From: Octopus vulgaris
Taxonomy: Eukaryota
Direction: 5' to 3'
Assembly (NCBI GenBank): GCA_951406725.2
Contig: OX597822.1
Coordinates: forward strand, 63,612,001-63,676,000
Length of the DNA: 64,000 nt
In this document: piece after piece, positions 1-13,052 of the stretch
Position numbering within the stretch: position 1 is the first letter of the stretch
How the letters are laid out: each line of letters opens with the position of its first letter
The notes under the pieces: model-generated
The model's database searches: none
What the model was told of the DNA's origin: nothing
What the model saw: the letters and a program-made list of their open reading frames with translations, nothing else
Translations under genes and position numbers: made by a program

Positions 1-254
1 AGTTGTGCAACACCAGTATCTACCATAACTATGATTTCACTTGGCTTGATGGGTTTTCTTCTCAAGCACAGCATATTGCCAAACATCTTGGTCATTTGCC
101 AATGCCTCTGTGAGGCCCAATGCTTGAAAGGTGCCTTTTATGTGCCACCAGCATGGGTGCTAGTTATGCAACACCGGCATCAGCCACCTGAAAGGTGTCT
201 TTTGCATGCCAGTTATGTGACACTGACATATAGGATGGGCTTCTTTCAGTTTCT

Positions 255-668
255 TATTTCTTTACTACCCACAAGGAGCTAAACACAGAAGGGACAAACA
301 AGGACAGGCAAAGGGATTGTCATTTACATCGACCCCAGTGCATAACTGGTACTTAATTTATTGACCTCAAAAGGATGAAAGGCAAAGTCGACCTCGGCGG
401 AATTTGAACTCAGAACGTAGCAGCAGACAAAATACCAATTTCTTTACTACCCACAAGGGGCTAAACACAGAGAGGACAAACAAGGACAGACAAACGTATT
501 AAGTCGATTATATCGACCCCAGTGCATAACTGGTACTTATTTAATCGACCCCGAAAGGATGAAAGGCAAAGTCGACCTCGGCGGAATTCGAACTCAGAAC
601 GTAGCAGTAGACAAAATACTGTTAAGCATTTCGCCCGGTGTGCTAAAGTTTCTGCCAGCTTTCCGCCT
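255..668 (-). mobile_element. SINE family B dimer inserted into a family A copy
   Basis: Two tandem units; ctttcagtttct is duplicated at both ends. Confidence 0.85.
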
Positions 669-1819
669 TTCAGTTTCTGTCTACCAAAGCTAGTCACAAG
701 GCTTTGGTAGGCCCAAGGCTGTTGTAGAAGTCACTTGTCCATTGTGTCGCACAGTGGGACTGAAAAAAAACCCACAACCATATCTGCTTCACACAACACA
801 CATATATATAATAGGTTACTGAACACCACTCTTCTTTGGAGTAAATAGACAGCAAAATGGCCATGGTTAGCATAACAACAATGACAACAACATAACTAAT
901 GTTTTTCATTGAAGCCTATACTGTAATGACTAAAGAGAGACCATGTCTAGTGATGTATGCACAACTAATTTTCCCACCAATGGGGAAAAAAAATCTAAGT
1001 GTATTCTAGATAAGTAGTGACTATTATACTGTTCTTCTTTAGAATAAAGTGAAAGTGGAGTGACCATGGTTTAAGTAATAACAATAGATACTTGATTGGT
1101 GTTTCAAGTCTAAACCTGCATCTTAATGATGAAAGAGAGACCATATCTAAGAAATATGTTTGTATGTGTAATGTAATGTATATGTAATGTAATGTGTGGG
1201 TACGTATATGTAATGTGGTGGTGATGGTGGTGGTGTGTGTGTGTTTGTGTATATAGTGTATGTGTGTATGTGGTTAAGAAGTTTGCTTCAGAATCCATGG
1301 TTTGGAGATAGAAAGAATTTTCAGCCATAGTAAGATCTGCCTCAACAAGTTTCATTTGACTATACAAGCATGGTGAGGATGATGATGATGATATATCAAT
1401 TAACTTTTAGCACACTTAAGGTGAATCATGTTGCTGTGTTTTCTCCCCTCTCAATGTGACACAATGCAGCTGCAGCTACAGGGGAGAAAACTCATACAAC
1501 GACATTATTTGATTAAGTATGCTAAAGGTTAGGGATATGAAGGCAAGGAAGGTATCTGATCCATTAGGAGTAAAAGCAGAGAAGCTGGAAATGTCTGATG
1601 GAGTTGGGCTTGGGCTAGTCACTTGAAAAGTCATATGGTGGTGCAAAAAGGTTTCAAACCCATTGATTGGTTTGCAGCATCATTGTCAACTGCTATGAGA
1701 GTGAAGGAAATGTATGAAAGAAAGGAAATTACTGACTCAGGTCAGTCATGAGATAAATAAAGCCTTAGTAAGGAAACAAGGAAAAAAAATATTGATACTA
1801 TCAGTGGAATGGTTGTACT

Positions 1820-2250
1820 TGAAACGCAGAAAAGGTGTAGGTTGAAACTATGAATGCACAAAGTTGTAGAGGAATCACAAGGAGGCTAATAGAGACAGCA
1901 GGCTTAGTATGTGACAGATGCTCAGAAGTAATAAACATTAAAAGTACATTCTAAATAGTTTCTTGAAACTGTGCTGATGGCTCTCAAAGGGTAGTTGATA
2001 GCTTCTGTTACTAAGGCAATCTAATTGGCTATGGAAAATATAGTATCCAAAATAAGAATGGAATAGAAAAAGGTCTGAGTGCATTTACCTATGCTGGTAA
2101 CAGAAAAAAGTTTTTCTCTCAGTGTAGAGAGTAGATTGTATGATGCATATATATGAAGTGTGGTGTTGCATTATAGTGAAATGTAGGTTCTGAATGCAGA
2201 GGATTTGCAAAGGCTAGAAAGAAATGAAACAACACTATTGAAATGTGTGT
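1820..2250 (+). mobile_element. Decayed RTE-clade LINE ORF fragment (RT C-terminal region)
   Basis: Translates with stops as RKGVG...VVDSFCY*GNLI...SRLYDAYI*SVVLHYSEM*VLNAEDLQRLERNE, matching RTE motifs V.SF.YLG and RLY...VR..MLHGSETW. Confidence 0.75.
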
Positions 2251-2452
2251 AGTAATGTTTTGAGCTATCCATTCCCTTTTATTTACTAGATATTACTTTT
2301 TATGAAATTCTGAAGAATCGTGTGTTTGTTATAAAAGAAACCCAACAAAGTATATGAAAATTGATCGAGAGATGCCAGCATGATTACCGTCTTATGAAAG
2401 ATTGATTATAGAAAGATGATGAAATGATTATCATTTAACTCCATTCTTTGAA

Positions 2453-2497
<45 letters not shown>

Positions 2498-2944
2498 TAT
2501 TATTATTTAAAACAATGTGATTTATCTCCATGCAACTTAACTTCATAGGTTTGTTTCAGGAACTTAGCTCATTGGGCTCAGATAGCCATCTGAGCTCAGT
2601 AAGCTAGATTCCTATGAGGAGTCTACCAGGCATTTTGGACTAAATCAAACTGTTTTAAGTAATGATATATGTAACTCCTACTAAATGTATTGAGTGCTTC
2701 TTTTTTTTTTTTTCCCATTCACTTGTGTATGTATATATCACCTTGATCACCTTGACCGACCAGTCCGTCAGGCGTCCATTTGACACCGCTGATCACAGCA
2801 CGCTGTCCACTCTTCTCTGGATCACGCCTTTCTCATCTTCGTGATCCCAATCGTCCTCCTGAAATCGTAACTCCACCGTCTGATAGAAATGGTAAGACAA
2901 CAAAAGAATGAAAGAGACTTCAATATTATGTAAATAGAGGAATT

Positions 2945-3158
2945 TATCTGTAAATGTAATATGTGACAATTATTTGATAGCCATGATAAAACTCCGAGTT
3001 TTGGATGTCAGGGTGGAAATCCATGCGGCCATCTCTTCAGTTATCTGGCCATCGGATGGCTGGATAACTGAAGAGATGGTGGCATGGATTTCTACCCTGA
3101 CATCCAAAATTCGGAGTTTTATCATGGCTACTGAATAATTGTCACATATTACATTTAC

Positions 3159-3163
<5 letters not shown>
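2945..3163. mobile_element. Palindrome (~108-bp arms) with a hammerhead-ribozyme motif in each arm; Penelope-like pLTR derivative
   Basis: Arms tatctgtaaatg...ggccatc / gatggct...catttacagata are reverse complements. The + arm reads GATAA-CTGAAGA-GATG..CATC-C(A)AAA-(T/C)TCGGAG-TT-TTATC. Abuts (TA)n. Confidence 0.75.
3063..3123 (+). ncRNA. Degenerate type-I hammerhead ribozyme motif (mirror copy at 2985-3045, minus strand)
   Basis: Stem I GATAA/TTATC, core CUGAAGA, stem II GAUG/CAUC, GAAA mutated to AAAA (CpG-type change), short stem III, GUU cleavage triplet. Confidence 0.6.
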
Positions 3164-3198
<35 letters not shown>

Positions 3199-3379
3199 CA
3201 TAAGGAACTATACTGACTAAAAATAAGTTGTGATAGTTATAGTTCAATATTTGATTGTGTATTTTTAATTATTGACACTTAATTTCATAAACTGTGAAAT
3301 TATTATCTGAACTTCATCTCTTTCATTGTGTCAAAAAGACCCAAAAACCCTCAAACTATATTGGACAGGAAAGTTTTTG

Positions 3380-3740
3380 AATTGGTTACAATGTTAAAAC
3401 TGTATGAGCTTAAGCTTACGGATGGAGTTGGGGGCGGAATTTGATCTACTGTCATTGTTCTATCATAGGAAAAGAGGAAATATGATATATTACCATAAAA
3501 CAGCAATTGTCAACCTCATTATGGAAAACAAACTTAGAATTCCATCAATCATCTGTGAGAGGTCATTCACATAAGTTATTCAAGAAGTGATTCAGAAAGC
3601 TAATAAAGCAACTGACTTTTTTTTTCTATTTTTCATTTGCTTTTAAGTAGGGTAGGTGCAAACAGCTAAACCGCATTACCAATTTAGGATGTCAAAGCTG
3701 GAAACTACCAACTCAATAAAGAATAGACTTGACTGGTATA
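3380..3740 (+). mobile_element. Decayed CR1-clade LINE 3' end
   Basis: DLLSLFYHRKRGNMIYYHK...VRGHSHKLFK...ALP...TTNSIKNRLD matches the CR1 C-terminal motifs RR.RGDMI, RGH..KL and WN.LP...FK.RLD. Confidence 0.7.
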
Positions 3741-5085
3741 TAAATATTAAGAGAACAGTAAATTTAAAATGTCATTCTGATTTTATTTGCTGCTGAAAGA
3801 AAGAAAAAAAGAAAAAGAAAAAAAATGGAAATTGAATGATAATGCTATTTAGCCCTAGGTCAACTGCAATCTAATAAAACCTGTGATCAAAAGCATTCCT
3901 CACTGTCTTTTATTTTTTTTTTTTATTAAAAACAAAATTTTTTAGACATGATCTATCTAGGTGTGGATATTCATTTTGCAACCACGTGCTTTCAGGTTCA
4001 GTTCCACTGTATGACACCTTGTGCTGTGAGTGAATTTCGTTGATGGAAACTGTAAGGAAGCCCACTGTGTGTACCTTTATGTTATGTTTGTCCCTCATCA
4101 CCACTCTAGAACTGGTGTTGGTTTCTTTGTGGCCTCTTAACTTAGCAGTTTTTGAGAAAACTTTATATTTACAAAGTTATTTCATGTTAAAGTTGTCGTA
4201 TTTCAGTAATTTCAACCAATCAACGACATGTATTCAACAGAATAAATTTACTGCTGTTGTTTGTCAACAACAACTTCTGGTGGTGTAACTAAACACTATA
4301 ACCTAAAGGGGTCCATAGATAAGAGACAATGGTTGAGAATCTCCTTCTCTCATTGGCTCCTATAAGACAATGCTTTACTGCAAGGTAGAGATTTTGCCAT
4401 TGTTGATTAACTCCTTATAATTTAAACTCAACAGGCTATATAGCATACAGTGTGGAATAACAGATAGTGATTTCTTGCTGCGGCACAAATTCGCATCTGA
4501 TTGGAAAATAATGGAGCACAAATGAGCTAAATGAAAAGTTAAGTGCAAGAGAATTTGGATGTATCATGTCTTAGATGGAGTGGTGTCTTCCATTTTGATA
4601 GTTGCTTTCACTACATTTCAGCTGTGTACATTCCAGCCTTATTCAGACATCTTGCATTGCCTGGGATCGAACTCAGAATTTCTAGGTGCCAGCACTGCAT
4701 TAACCAGTTCCTTTATCCACTGTGGTATATCTGTAGGTAGTACAGTCACCTAGAAGTCGCCAGTTCAATCTCAGACCAGGAACTAAGGTGAATCGCAAGA
4801 CATTTGAAGAAAGCCGGAACACACACAGCCAAAACATAATGAAAGCAACAACAAAGATGAGCACACCACTTTGACAATTACATAATATAAAATTCTTCAT
4901 TTCAAAAATATAGGATTGAATTAGAGATAGCGTGCAAGAGAGAACGATTTGCTAATAGGCAATGAACGGCAAAGTTGACCTTGGAAGAATTTGAACTCAG
5001 AATGTAAAGCTGGAAGAGATTCTGTGAAGCATTTTGTCTGATGTGTCCATGATTCTGCCAGCTTGCCATCTTGATAATATACAAT

Positions 5086-5460
5086 ATTCTTTTATTCTTC
5101 TATTTGTTTCAGTCATTTGACTGTGGCCATGCTGGAGCACTGCCTTTAGTCGAACAAATTGTCCCCAGGACTTATTCTTTGTAAGCCTAGTACTTATTCG
5201 ATCGTTCACTTTTGCCGAACCACTTAGTGATGGGGACATAAACACACTAGCATCGGTTGTCAAGCGATTTTGGGGGAAGAAGCACACACACATATACAAC
5301 AGGCTTCTTTCAGTTTCCATCTACCTAATCTACTCACAAGGCTTTGGTTGGTCTGAAGCTATAGTAGAAGACACTTGCCCAAGGTGTTATGCAGTGGGAC
5401 TGAACCCAAAACCATGTGGTTGTTAAGCAAGCCACTTACCACACAGCCTCTCCTACACCT
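5086..5460 (-). mobile_element. SINE family A
   Basis: Reverse-complement match to 41611-42020. Confidence 0.85.
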
Positions 5461-7756
5461 AGCTATTTACCGCATAGCCACACAAAATCTCCTTTTAAGT
5501 TGATATTTCTAACAGGGCTTCTAGCAATAATTATTTCAAAATCTTTTTTGCCACATGGGCAGCTTGGGGAAGGTGGGTACAAGTCAATTATATCGACTCT
5601 AGTGTTCAACTGGTACTTATTTTATCGATCCCGAAAGGATGAAAGGCAAAGTTGACCTTGGTGGAATTTAAACTCAGGACGTAGCAATGGATGAAATACC
5701 TCTAACCCTTTTGTCTGGCGTGCTAATGATTCTGCCAGCTTGCTGCCTTAGTTTTTTTAGCAATAATAAAAGTATTTTTGATGAAAGCAGAGAAAAGCAT
5801 TTCTCAGATATTTCAGTTTTCTATTTAATGTTCCATTGTGTTTTGTTTTTTTTTAATAGAAATTGTATTTCAAACTTATTTCAAACTTGTGTTTCATGTT
5901 TTATTATATTTTTTAAAATGAAACTACAATTTAAAATTTTTTTCCATTTCATTTTTTGTTAGACTTTTTCTTTTACTAGTTTGTAAAGAGAATAGAAAGA
6001 TTAGATTTACTGATAGTTTTTGTCTGCTTTCAAATACTAAAGTTTTAAAAGCACTCTGTCTACAGATAACTGCATAGCACCTTAGGCACGTTTCTTCTAA
6101 TATAACTGAGGATCCACCATAGCTTTGTGGACTTTAGTAGACAGAAGCTTTGTGGAATCCTTTGGAAGGTGTGTTCCTTATCCTTGGGTGGTAGACCTAA
6201 TACGTCATGAGGGTTTAACACCAGTGATCACCTTTGAGTGGATCTGAGTAATGGAACAGCTTGCTCATGAAATTAATATGTAAGAGGCTGAGCACTCAAC
6301 AGACATGTGTACCCTTAACATAGTTCTTAATGAGATTCAGCATGACACAGAATGTGACAAGGCTGGCTCTTTGAAATACAGGTACAACTCATTTTTGTCA
6401 GCAGAGTGGACTGGCAATATAAAATAAAATGTCTTGCTCAAGGAAACAACACTGCTGGGGACTGAACTCATGACCTTATAACCATGAGCCAAATGCTCTA
6501 ACCATTAAGCCACATGCCCTCACATTATTAAAGATATCAATGTAATAGAATCATTAGAATGTTGGAGAGAATGCCAAGCAGGTACTTGTTCTGGCTCTCT
6601 GCACTCTGAGTTCAAAAGTTCAAATCCTGTAGAGATGGGCTTTACCTTTCATCCTTTATGGGTTGATAAATACATTTCCAGTCAGTTCAGTAGTAAGAAC
6701 CTTCCTTCTATCTATCTGTCTGTCTGTCTCTTTATCTATATATATCTCTCTCTTTCTCTCTTGAGGAAATTGGTTGTGGTGAGACTGCCATGTTTAAATG
6801 CCCAAGACATATCATATATCAACATGGTGCCTCTCGACTCCATCAGAAGTGGAGGCTCAATGCAAAGTGGATATTATTAGCAACACTCCTGTGCTGCTGG
6901 AAAGCTGAGTTCTTGCATATTCGCTTGTGTCACATTTTTGGCATATATTTCTTCTCCTTCATCCCTTCCTTCAACTATGGTTAAGTAACACTAGGTAAAA
7001 ATATAAATATTTAAAAAAAAATATGAATATGAAGACTTTATGAGTGAGAGGTGTAAAATATCTCAACCAGCCACTTAAATTACTTTAGTAGGGATTAACT
7101 AACACACACACACACACACCTCTAAGTCTCTTTTCCCCCCTCAACATACCAACATAGTTTGCCTCTTTTGTTGTCCTGATTTTTTTTCCCACTTCTGATA
7201 ATTTATCTCATGGAGACATATTCTATTCATTAGTTTTGAGTCAGTGTTTGTCAGTATTGTGTATGTGTGAATAAGTGCATGTTAGTGTTGTTTTATAAAG
7301 TAGTCGCAGGGGAGGAGTAGGCTCAAGTGTTTTGTAGTCTCTCCTACACTGGTGAGATGAATGGGGCTGATGCTTAATCTAAACAGTTCAGATGATGTTT
7401 TGTGTATTTGTTTAATCCTAGATTGAGCAAACCTATGATCAAAGACTGTTGTTGTTTAATCTTAGCTCAACTCTGATTCAGCAGTCCTGTGATCAAAAGT
7501 TGTTGCTGAAGTTTAAATCCCAGCTCAACTCTGATGGATAAAACCTGTGATAAAACGTTGGTGTTACTGTTGAACCCCAGCTCAATTCCATTGAGTAGGC
7601 TAATGATCAAAATTTGATTTTGTTGATGTTTAACTTGAGCTCTCAACTCTGACTAAGAAAACCTATGATGAAAGGTATTCCAGCTGTGACCATCACAACT
7701 TTCCTTAGCATATATGTTAAGGACTACACCAATTAATTTATCCTTTCCTTATTTAA

Positions 7757-7973
7757 CCCTTTCGTTACTGTATTTATTTTGAGATGCTCTGTGTTTCTCT
7801 CAATTATTTTAAATATAACAAAGAATTTAGTAAAATAACTTAGTTATTCAGCTAGTGTTAGGAACATAAATTGTGACTAAGGTTTGGTGGAAGATTTTAA
7901 TTCAAAACTTATGAAAATAAGACATTTGTACTCAGAGCCAGGGCTGGTTTCAGCTGCATTGGTAACGAAAGGG
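7757..7973. mobile_element. piggyBac-type MITE
   Basis: TTAA on both sides (7753-7756, 7974-7977); perfect 12-bp TIR ccctttcgttac/gtaacgaaaggg. Confidence 0.85.
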
Positions 7974-9122
7974 TTAAGAAGTTAGGGTATTATTTAAGTG
8001 AGAATTAGTGACTATTTCTAGCAGGTTGAGTAACCGTGTAGAGGCTCCCTACATGACTCTTATTGGTCATGATAGTATTGTTTATTTGTGTTTAAGTGTG
8101 TGTGTGTTAGTGTTTGCTTACAATACGTATTGTTTTATATTCACTGTATATTTATTTATTCATGATGGTGAAACATTAGTGTTTGTCTATCCTAGTATTA
8201 ATATTATTTTGTTTAAAGTGTTTACAATGATTCCTTTATATTTAACACCCACCTTCCTACAAGTAGTTTACAGTAGATTGTCAGAAATTTAAGAATGTCA
8301 AGTGTCTTCTCTTTCTCTCTCTCTCTGTCCCATGATTTTTTTTTTTCCTCTTAAATATTTTTAATGTGAGTGAGTGTTGTTATGTGTTATAGTTTTCAGG
8401 TCGTATAATAAGCATTCAGTACTTCTTAAGTGCTGATGCGTAGGTGTTTATATTTGTAGTGAATGTGAAATTTATAGGGTTCTCATTAATTGTGTTTAAT
8501 TTTTCAGTAGAATGTACAAAGGAAAGTAGGAAGTTTGAAATGATACGAATGTTTTCTTGGTTTTGAGGTGTACAAGTAAGCCATTTGATATGAGGTAATG
8601 TTTAAGGTGTGGTTCCACATGTTTTGACTCCTGTGTGTGTGTCTCATCTTATTTAGTTTGTTTCAGTTATTGGGCTGTGGGCCTTTCTGGGGCACAGCCT
8701 TGTAGGGTTTAGTCAAACAAGTCAACCGATAGTTTTTAAATCTAGTACTTATTCTATGTCACTCTCTTTTGCCAGACTGCTAAGTTATACAGACGTAAAC
8801 AAACCAGCACTAGTTGTCAAGTGATAGTGGTGGGGGACAAACACAATACACATGCATGCATGCGCGTGCATGCACACACACACACACATGCACACACGTA
8901 AGAGAGAGAGAGAGAGAGAGAGTTCCTTAGTCTTCATTTTCCAGATTCACTCAGAAAGCATTGATTAGCCTGGTGCTATACTTGATGACACTTGCTCGAG
9001 GTGCCATGCTGTGGAATTGAACTTGAAGCCATGTGGTTACAAAGTGATCTTCTTAATTACACATCTATACCTGCACTGATATCTATCTGTCTGTTCATCT
9101 ATCTATCTATCTATCTATTTAC

Positions 9123-9180
<58 letters not shown>

Positions 9181-9183
<3 letters not shown>

Positions 9184-9706
9184 AACTTCTTCAAGTACCA
9201 CTTGAAAAGGAAAGTGAGAGTAGAGAGGCAAGTTTTGTCTAGCGAATGTTTTAAAAAAAGATGGGTGAATGTAGCAAGAATGGCACGTATGAATGACGAA
9301 GCCACCTTGAGCATAGTCCTATGAACCCAGAAATCGAAAACAGAGAGTTGCTTATTTGCAAAAAAAAAAAAAAAAAAAAGAAATATAAAATGTGACTTCA
9401 TTGACCGAGGTTACCGTGGTCTTTTCCGTAGGCTTTTCTTTCCACGGGTAAACCTCACCTGTCCTCCCCTTTACACTTCATATTGACATTTCTGTGATAA
9501 CGATCCCTATTGATCAATTTTTTTTTTCCTCCCCCCCTTTTTTTTACCCCCCCCCTTTTTTTGTCCTCTTTCTCTCCTTTTACGATCCCTTTTGATCGAA
9601 ACTCCCCCCTTCCTTTTTTTTTTTTTTTTTCTAACCCTTCAAAAGAAAAGCTCTACCTTGTAATTTGTTCTATCTGTGTGCAGCCCTGTGTGGCTAATAA
9701 AGAAAC
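9181..9706 (+). mobile_element. 5'-truncated non-LTR retrotransposon (Tx1/L1-like ORF2 C-terminus plus 3' UTR) embedded in (ATCT)n/(GTCT)n
   Basis: FFKYHLKRKVRVERQVLSSECFKKRWVNVARMARMNDEATLSIVL* ends at 9324; the UTR ends ...ccctgtgtggctAATAAAgaaac; the same UTR end recurs twice at 42.6-42.96 kb. Clade assignment is by motif resemblance. Confidence 0.65.
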
Positions 9707-9709
9707 ATA

Positions 9710-9810
<101 letters not shown>

Positions 9811-9865
9811 CTAACTATGCATCCATTTATATCTATCTATCTATCTATCTCCATCCACTTATCTA

Positions 9866-9897
<32 letters not shown>

Positions 9898-10521
9898 TCT
9901 ATCTCCATCCACCTATCTGTCTATCCCCATCTTTCTATCTATCCATCCATCCATCCATCCATCCATTCATCAATCAATCAATCAATCTGTATGTATGCGT
10001 TTGTGTGTAAGATGTCACCAGAATATGCTGTCATGTTTATGTATTACACATAGAGGTGGGTGCAGTTGAGCTGTGTAAAAAAAAAATCAGTGCTGATGCA
10101 CTTTTTGATGGTGATGCTAAGAAGTGTTGTTGCTGTTTTGCTCTTTAACTCCAGGTCAGGCCTTCACCCCAACCTCCTAGTAAAGCAAACATATGATCAA
10201 AGAGCATTCCAGTCATCACCATCCCATCTTTTGCTCTGACATAGTCATACTTTTTAAACTGTATTATTCAGTGTATGCTGCTTCCTATTTTGAATTTTTA
10301 AGATGGTTGGGTGTGGCTTTGAAAGAGATTTGGTGGCTCTTTCAAACAGACCACATGACTATTTCCTTGTTGGCGTTGCTCACTTTCAGGAGTGGAGGGC
10401 AGGCTGTGGTTGTTGTTGTTGTTGTTGAGTGGTGGTTTAGTAACCTCAATTTTCATTATTGATGACATGGGTCACAATATGTTGAATCAATATGATTAGT
10501 CAACTATGTAGTAGAAGCAAT

Positions 10522-10757
10522 AAGGCAGCAAGCTGGCAGAAATGTTAGCATGCCGGGTGAAATGCTTAGCGGTATTTCGTCTGCCGTTACGTTCTGAGTT
10601 CAAATTCTGCCACAGTCAACTTTGCCTTTCATCCTTTCGGGGTCGATAAATTAAGTACCAGTTGCACACTGGGGTTGATGTAATTGACTTAATCCCTTTG
10701 TCTGTCCTTGTTTATCCTCTCTATGTTTAGCCACTTGTGGTCAATAAAGAAATAAGA
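10522..10757 (+). mobile_element. SINE family B monomer
   Basis: Full match; TSD agaagcaat. Confidence 0.9.
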
Positions 10758-10849
10758 AGCAATTATTTCTCTTACTGAATGCCATAAAATGAGAGTTAAG
10801 CACTGGGCCTTAAAAAAAGAACACACACTCCTGTTGTTTGTGCTAAGGT

Positions 10850-11120
10850 CTTTCTTTAACACAGTATTGACCAGACCATCACATGTCTTGATTGCGCCAT
10901 TCTTTTCCATCTTGATCCAGATTGCTCAACTAAATCATCTTTCCATTGTCATGAAGGCCTTCCAAGGGCATTTTCCAGTTTCTTAGATACCACTTGGAAA
11001 CTGCATGCATCCGTCTGTTGTCTGTGAACCTTGCAACATGTCCAATTCATTAGAACTTGTGTTTTTGGTTCTCTGCTCCATTCTAAAATTATTTCGAATG
11101 TGCTCTCTTAATGATATACC
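10850..11120 (-). mobile_element. Decayed RTE LINE 3' fragment
   Basis: Minus strand: GISLREHIRN...GHVARFTDNRRMHAVSKWYLRNWK...RMAQSR, matching RTE WAGHVAR..D.RW motifs. Confidence 0.7.
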
Positions 11121-11128
11121 TGTCTTAA

Positions 11129-11638
11129 CCCATTTGCATTTAAACCAGCCATTTCCAGCCAAAATATTCTACCTGTTTTATGTTTAAAGTGGCTGGATCT
11201 GGCCTCTCACACCTATTCTAAAATGTGGTTCTGAAATAAACAATCAATTGTCAAAATCCTGAAGCTCTGAAATGATGCATGATTAATTCAAAGCAATATG
11301 AATAAATAAGTATTTAAAAAGCATCCAGTCCAGTCTATCCGTCCACACTGTAAAGTGGTTGGCATTTGGAAGGGCATCCAGCTGTTAAAACCATGCCAAA
11401 ACCAGCTGTGCTGGTGCTAGGTAAAAAGCACTCAACCCACTCTGTGGAATGGTTGGTGCTAGGAAGGGCATCCAGCTATGAAAAATTCTATGCCAAAACA
11501 GACACAGAAGTGTAGTGCAAGCTTCTGCCTGGCCAGTTCCTGTCAAACTGTCCAACCCATGCCAGCATAGAAAGAGGATGTCAGTTGATGGTGACGATGG
11601 TGATACATTTGACAGAATAATCTGAATTTGCTAAAGGG
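11129..11638. mobile_element. piggyBac-type MITE (second family) with a nested RTE-related SINE (~11313-11604)
   Basis: ttaa|cccatttgcatt ... tgctaaaggg|ttaa; internal sequence is shared with 44842-45594. Confidence 0.7.
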
Positions 11639-11894
11639 TTAATAAAGTATGCAAATTATATGGGTGCAGGCATGGCTATGTGGTTAAGAATTCTACTTTG
11701 CAACCATGAAGTCCTGATTTCATTTTCATTGTGTGACATCTTAGGTAATTTAAAAAAAAATTTCTCTTGCTTTGAGCCAATCTTGTGAGTGAAATTTGAA
11801 GGCAGAAACTATGCAGATGCTCATCATATACACATATCCACATCATAGGTATGTGTGTGTGTATGCTTTTCTGTGTGTCTGTCTCTACTTCTTT

Positions 11895-12295
11895 CTATAC
11901 TCTTTTACTTGTTTCAGTCATTTGACTGCAGCCATACTGGAGCACTGCCTTTAGTTGAGCAAATCGATCCAAGGACTTATTCTTTGTAAGTCTAGTACTT
12001 ATTCTATCGGTCTCTTTTGCCAAACCGCTAAGTTACAGAGACGTAAACACACCAGCATCGGTTGTCAAGCGATGTTGGGGGGACAGACACACAAACACAC
12101 ACACAGATGTATATATATACTTATACATATATACGACGGGCTTCTTTCAGTTTCCGTCTACCAAATCCACTCACGAGGCTTTGGTCGGCCCGAGGCTATA
12201 GTAGAAGACACTTGGCCAAGATGCCACGCAGTGGGACTGAACCCAGAACAATGTGGCTGGTAAGCAAGCTACTTACCACACAGCCACTCCTGACA
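11895..12295 (-). mobile_element. SINE family A
   Basis: Full-length reverse-complement match. Confidence 0.9.
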
Positions 12296-12499
12296 CTGTG
12301 CCAATGAGCAATAAGAACAATAACACTAGCAACAAACACAACCACAATCACAACAACAAACAACAAATAGGAGAGAAAGAGAGAGAGAGAGAGGGAGGGA
12401 GAGAGAGAGAGAGATGAAAGAACCTGTGTCACTCTCACACCACTCATATCTAAACGGACACTTCAACATCACTTCCACAACCATATTTTACAACAGTGG

Positions 12500-12820
12500 T
12501 CCCTCCTCGTCTTCCTCCTCCTCCTCTTCCTCCTTTTCTTCTTCCTCATCTTCCTCCTCCTTCTCTTCCTCGTCTTCCTCCTCATTCTCTTCCTCGTCTT
12601 CTTCCTCCTCGTCATCCTCCTCCTCCTCATTTCCCCTTACTCCTTTTCGTCCTCCTCTACTTCCTCTTCCTCCTCTCATCCTCCTTTTCATCCTCCTCAG
12701 CCTTTCCTCTTCCTCCTTTTCACCCCTCCCCCTCCACATCCTCCCTTCCACCTCCTCTACCCCTCCTCTTCCCCCTCCTCCTCTTCCGCATCCTCCCCTT
12801 CCTCCTCCTTCTCCTCCTCG
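12500..12820. repeat. (TCC/TCT)-rich low-complexity tract
   Basis: Direct reading. Confidence 0.85.
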
Positions 12821-12950
12821 TCAGTCACTACTACTGCCACCACCACCGTTGTTGTCATCCTCATCATAATCAGTAATAATAATAATAATAATTGCAATAT
12901 TGATGGTAATAATAATAATAACAATTCTTTTTTTTTATATTTTATTGCAG

Positions 12951-13052
12951 GTAAGCTGGAAATTTTATGAACGATTTTTTTTCTTTTTAAATTCATCACA
13001 ACTATGCCCCCCACCCAACTCTGCAGGATCTATATAACCATGGGCACTACAG
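12951..13052 (+). other. Candidate plus-strand exon: 5' UTR plus start (ATG at 13040, M-G-T-T-phase 1), or a recursive-splice exon
   Basis: T-rich tract then ttttattgcag|gtaagc at 12950/12951; accATGG Kozak-like context; cag|gtatgt donor at 13052/13053; stops in all three frames upstream of the ATG. Confidence 0.4.

Noticed and set aside
6766-6984. 72-codon open frame in unique sequence
   Set aside because: Only a rare GAG acceptor, no recognisable motif, and a length expected by chance.
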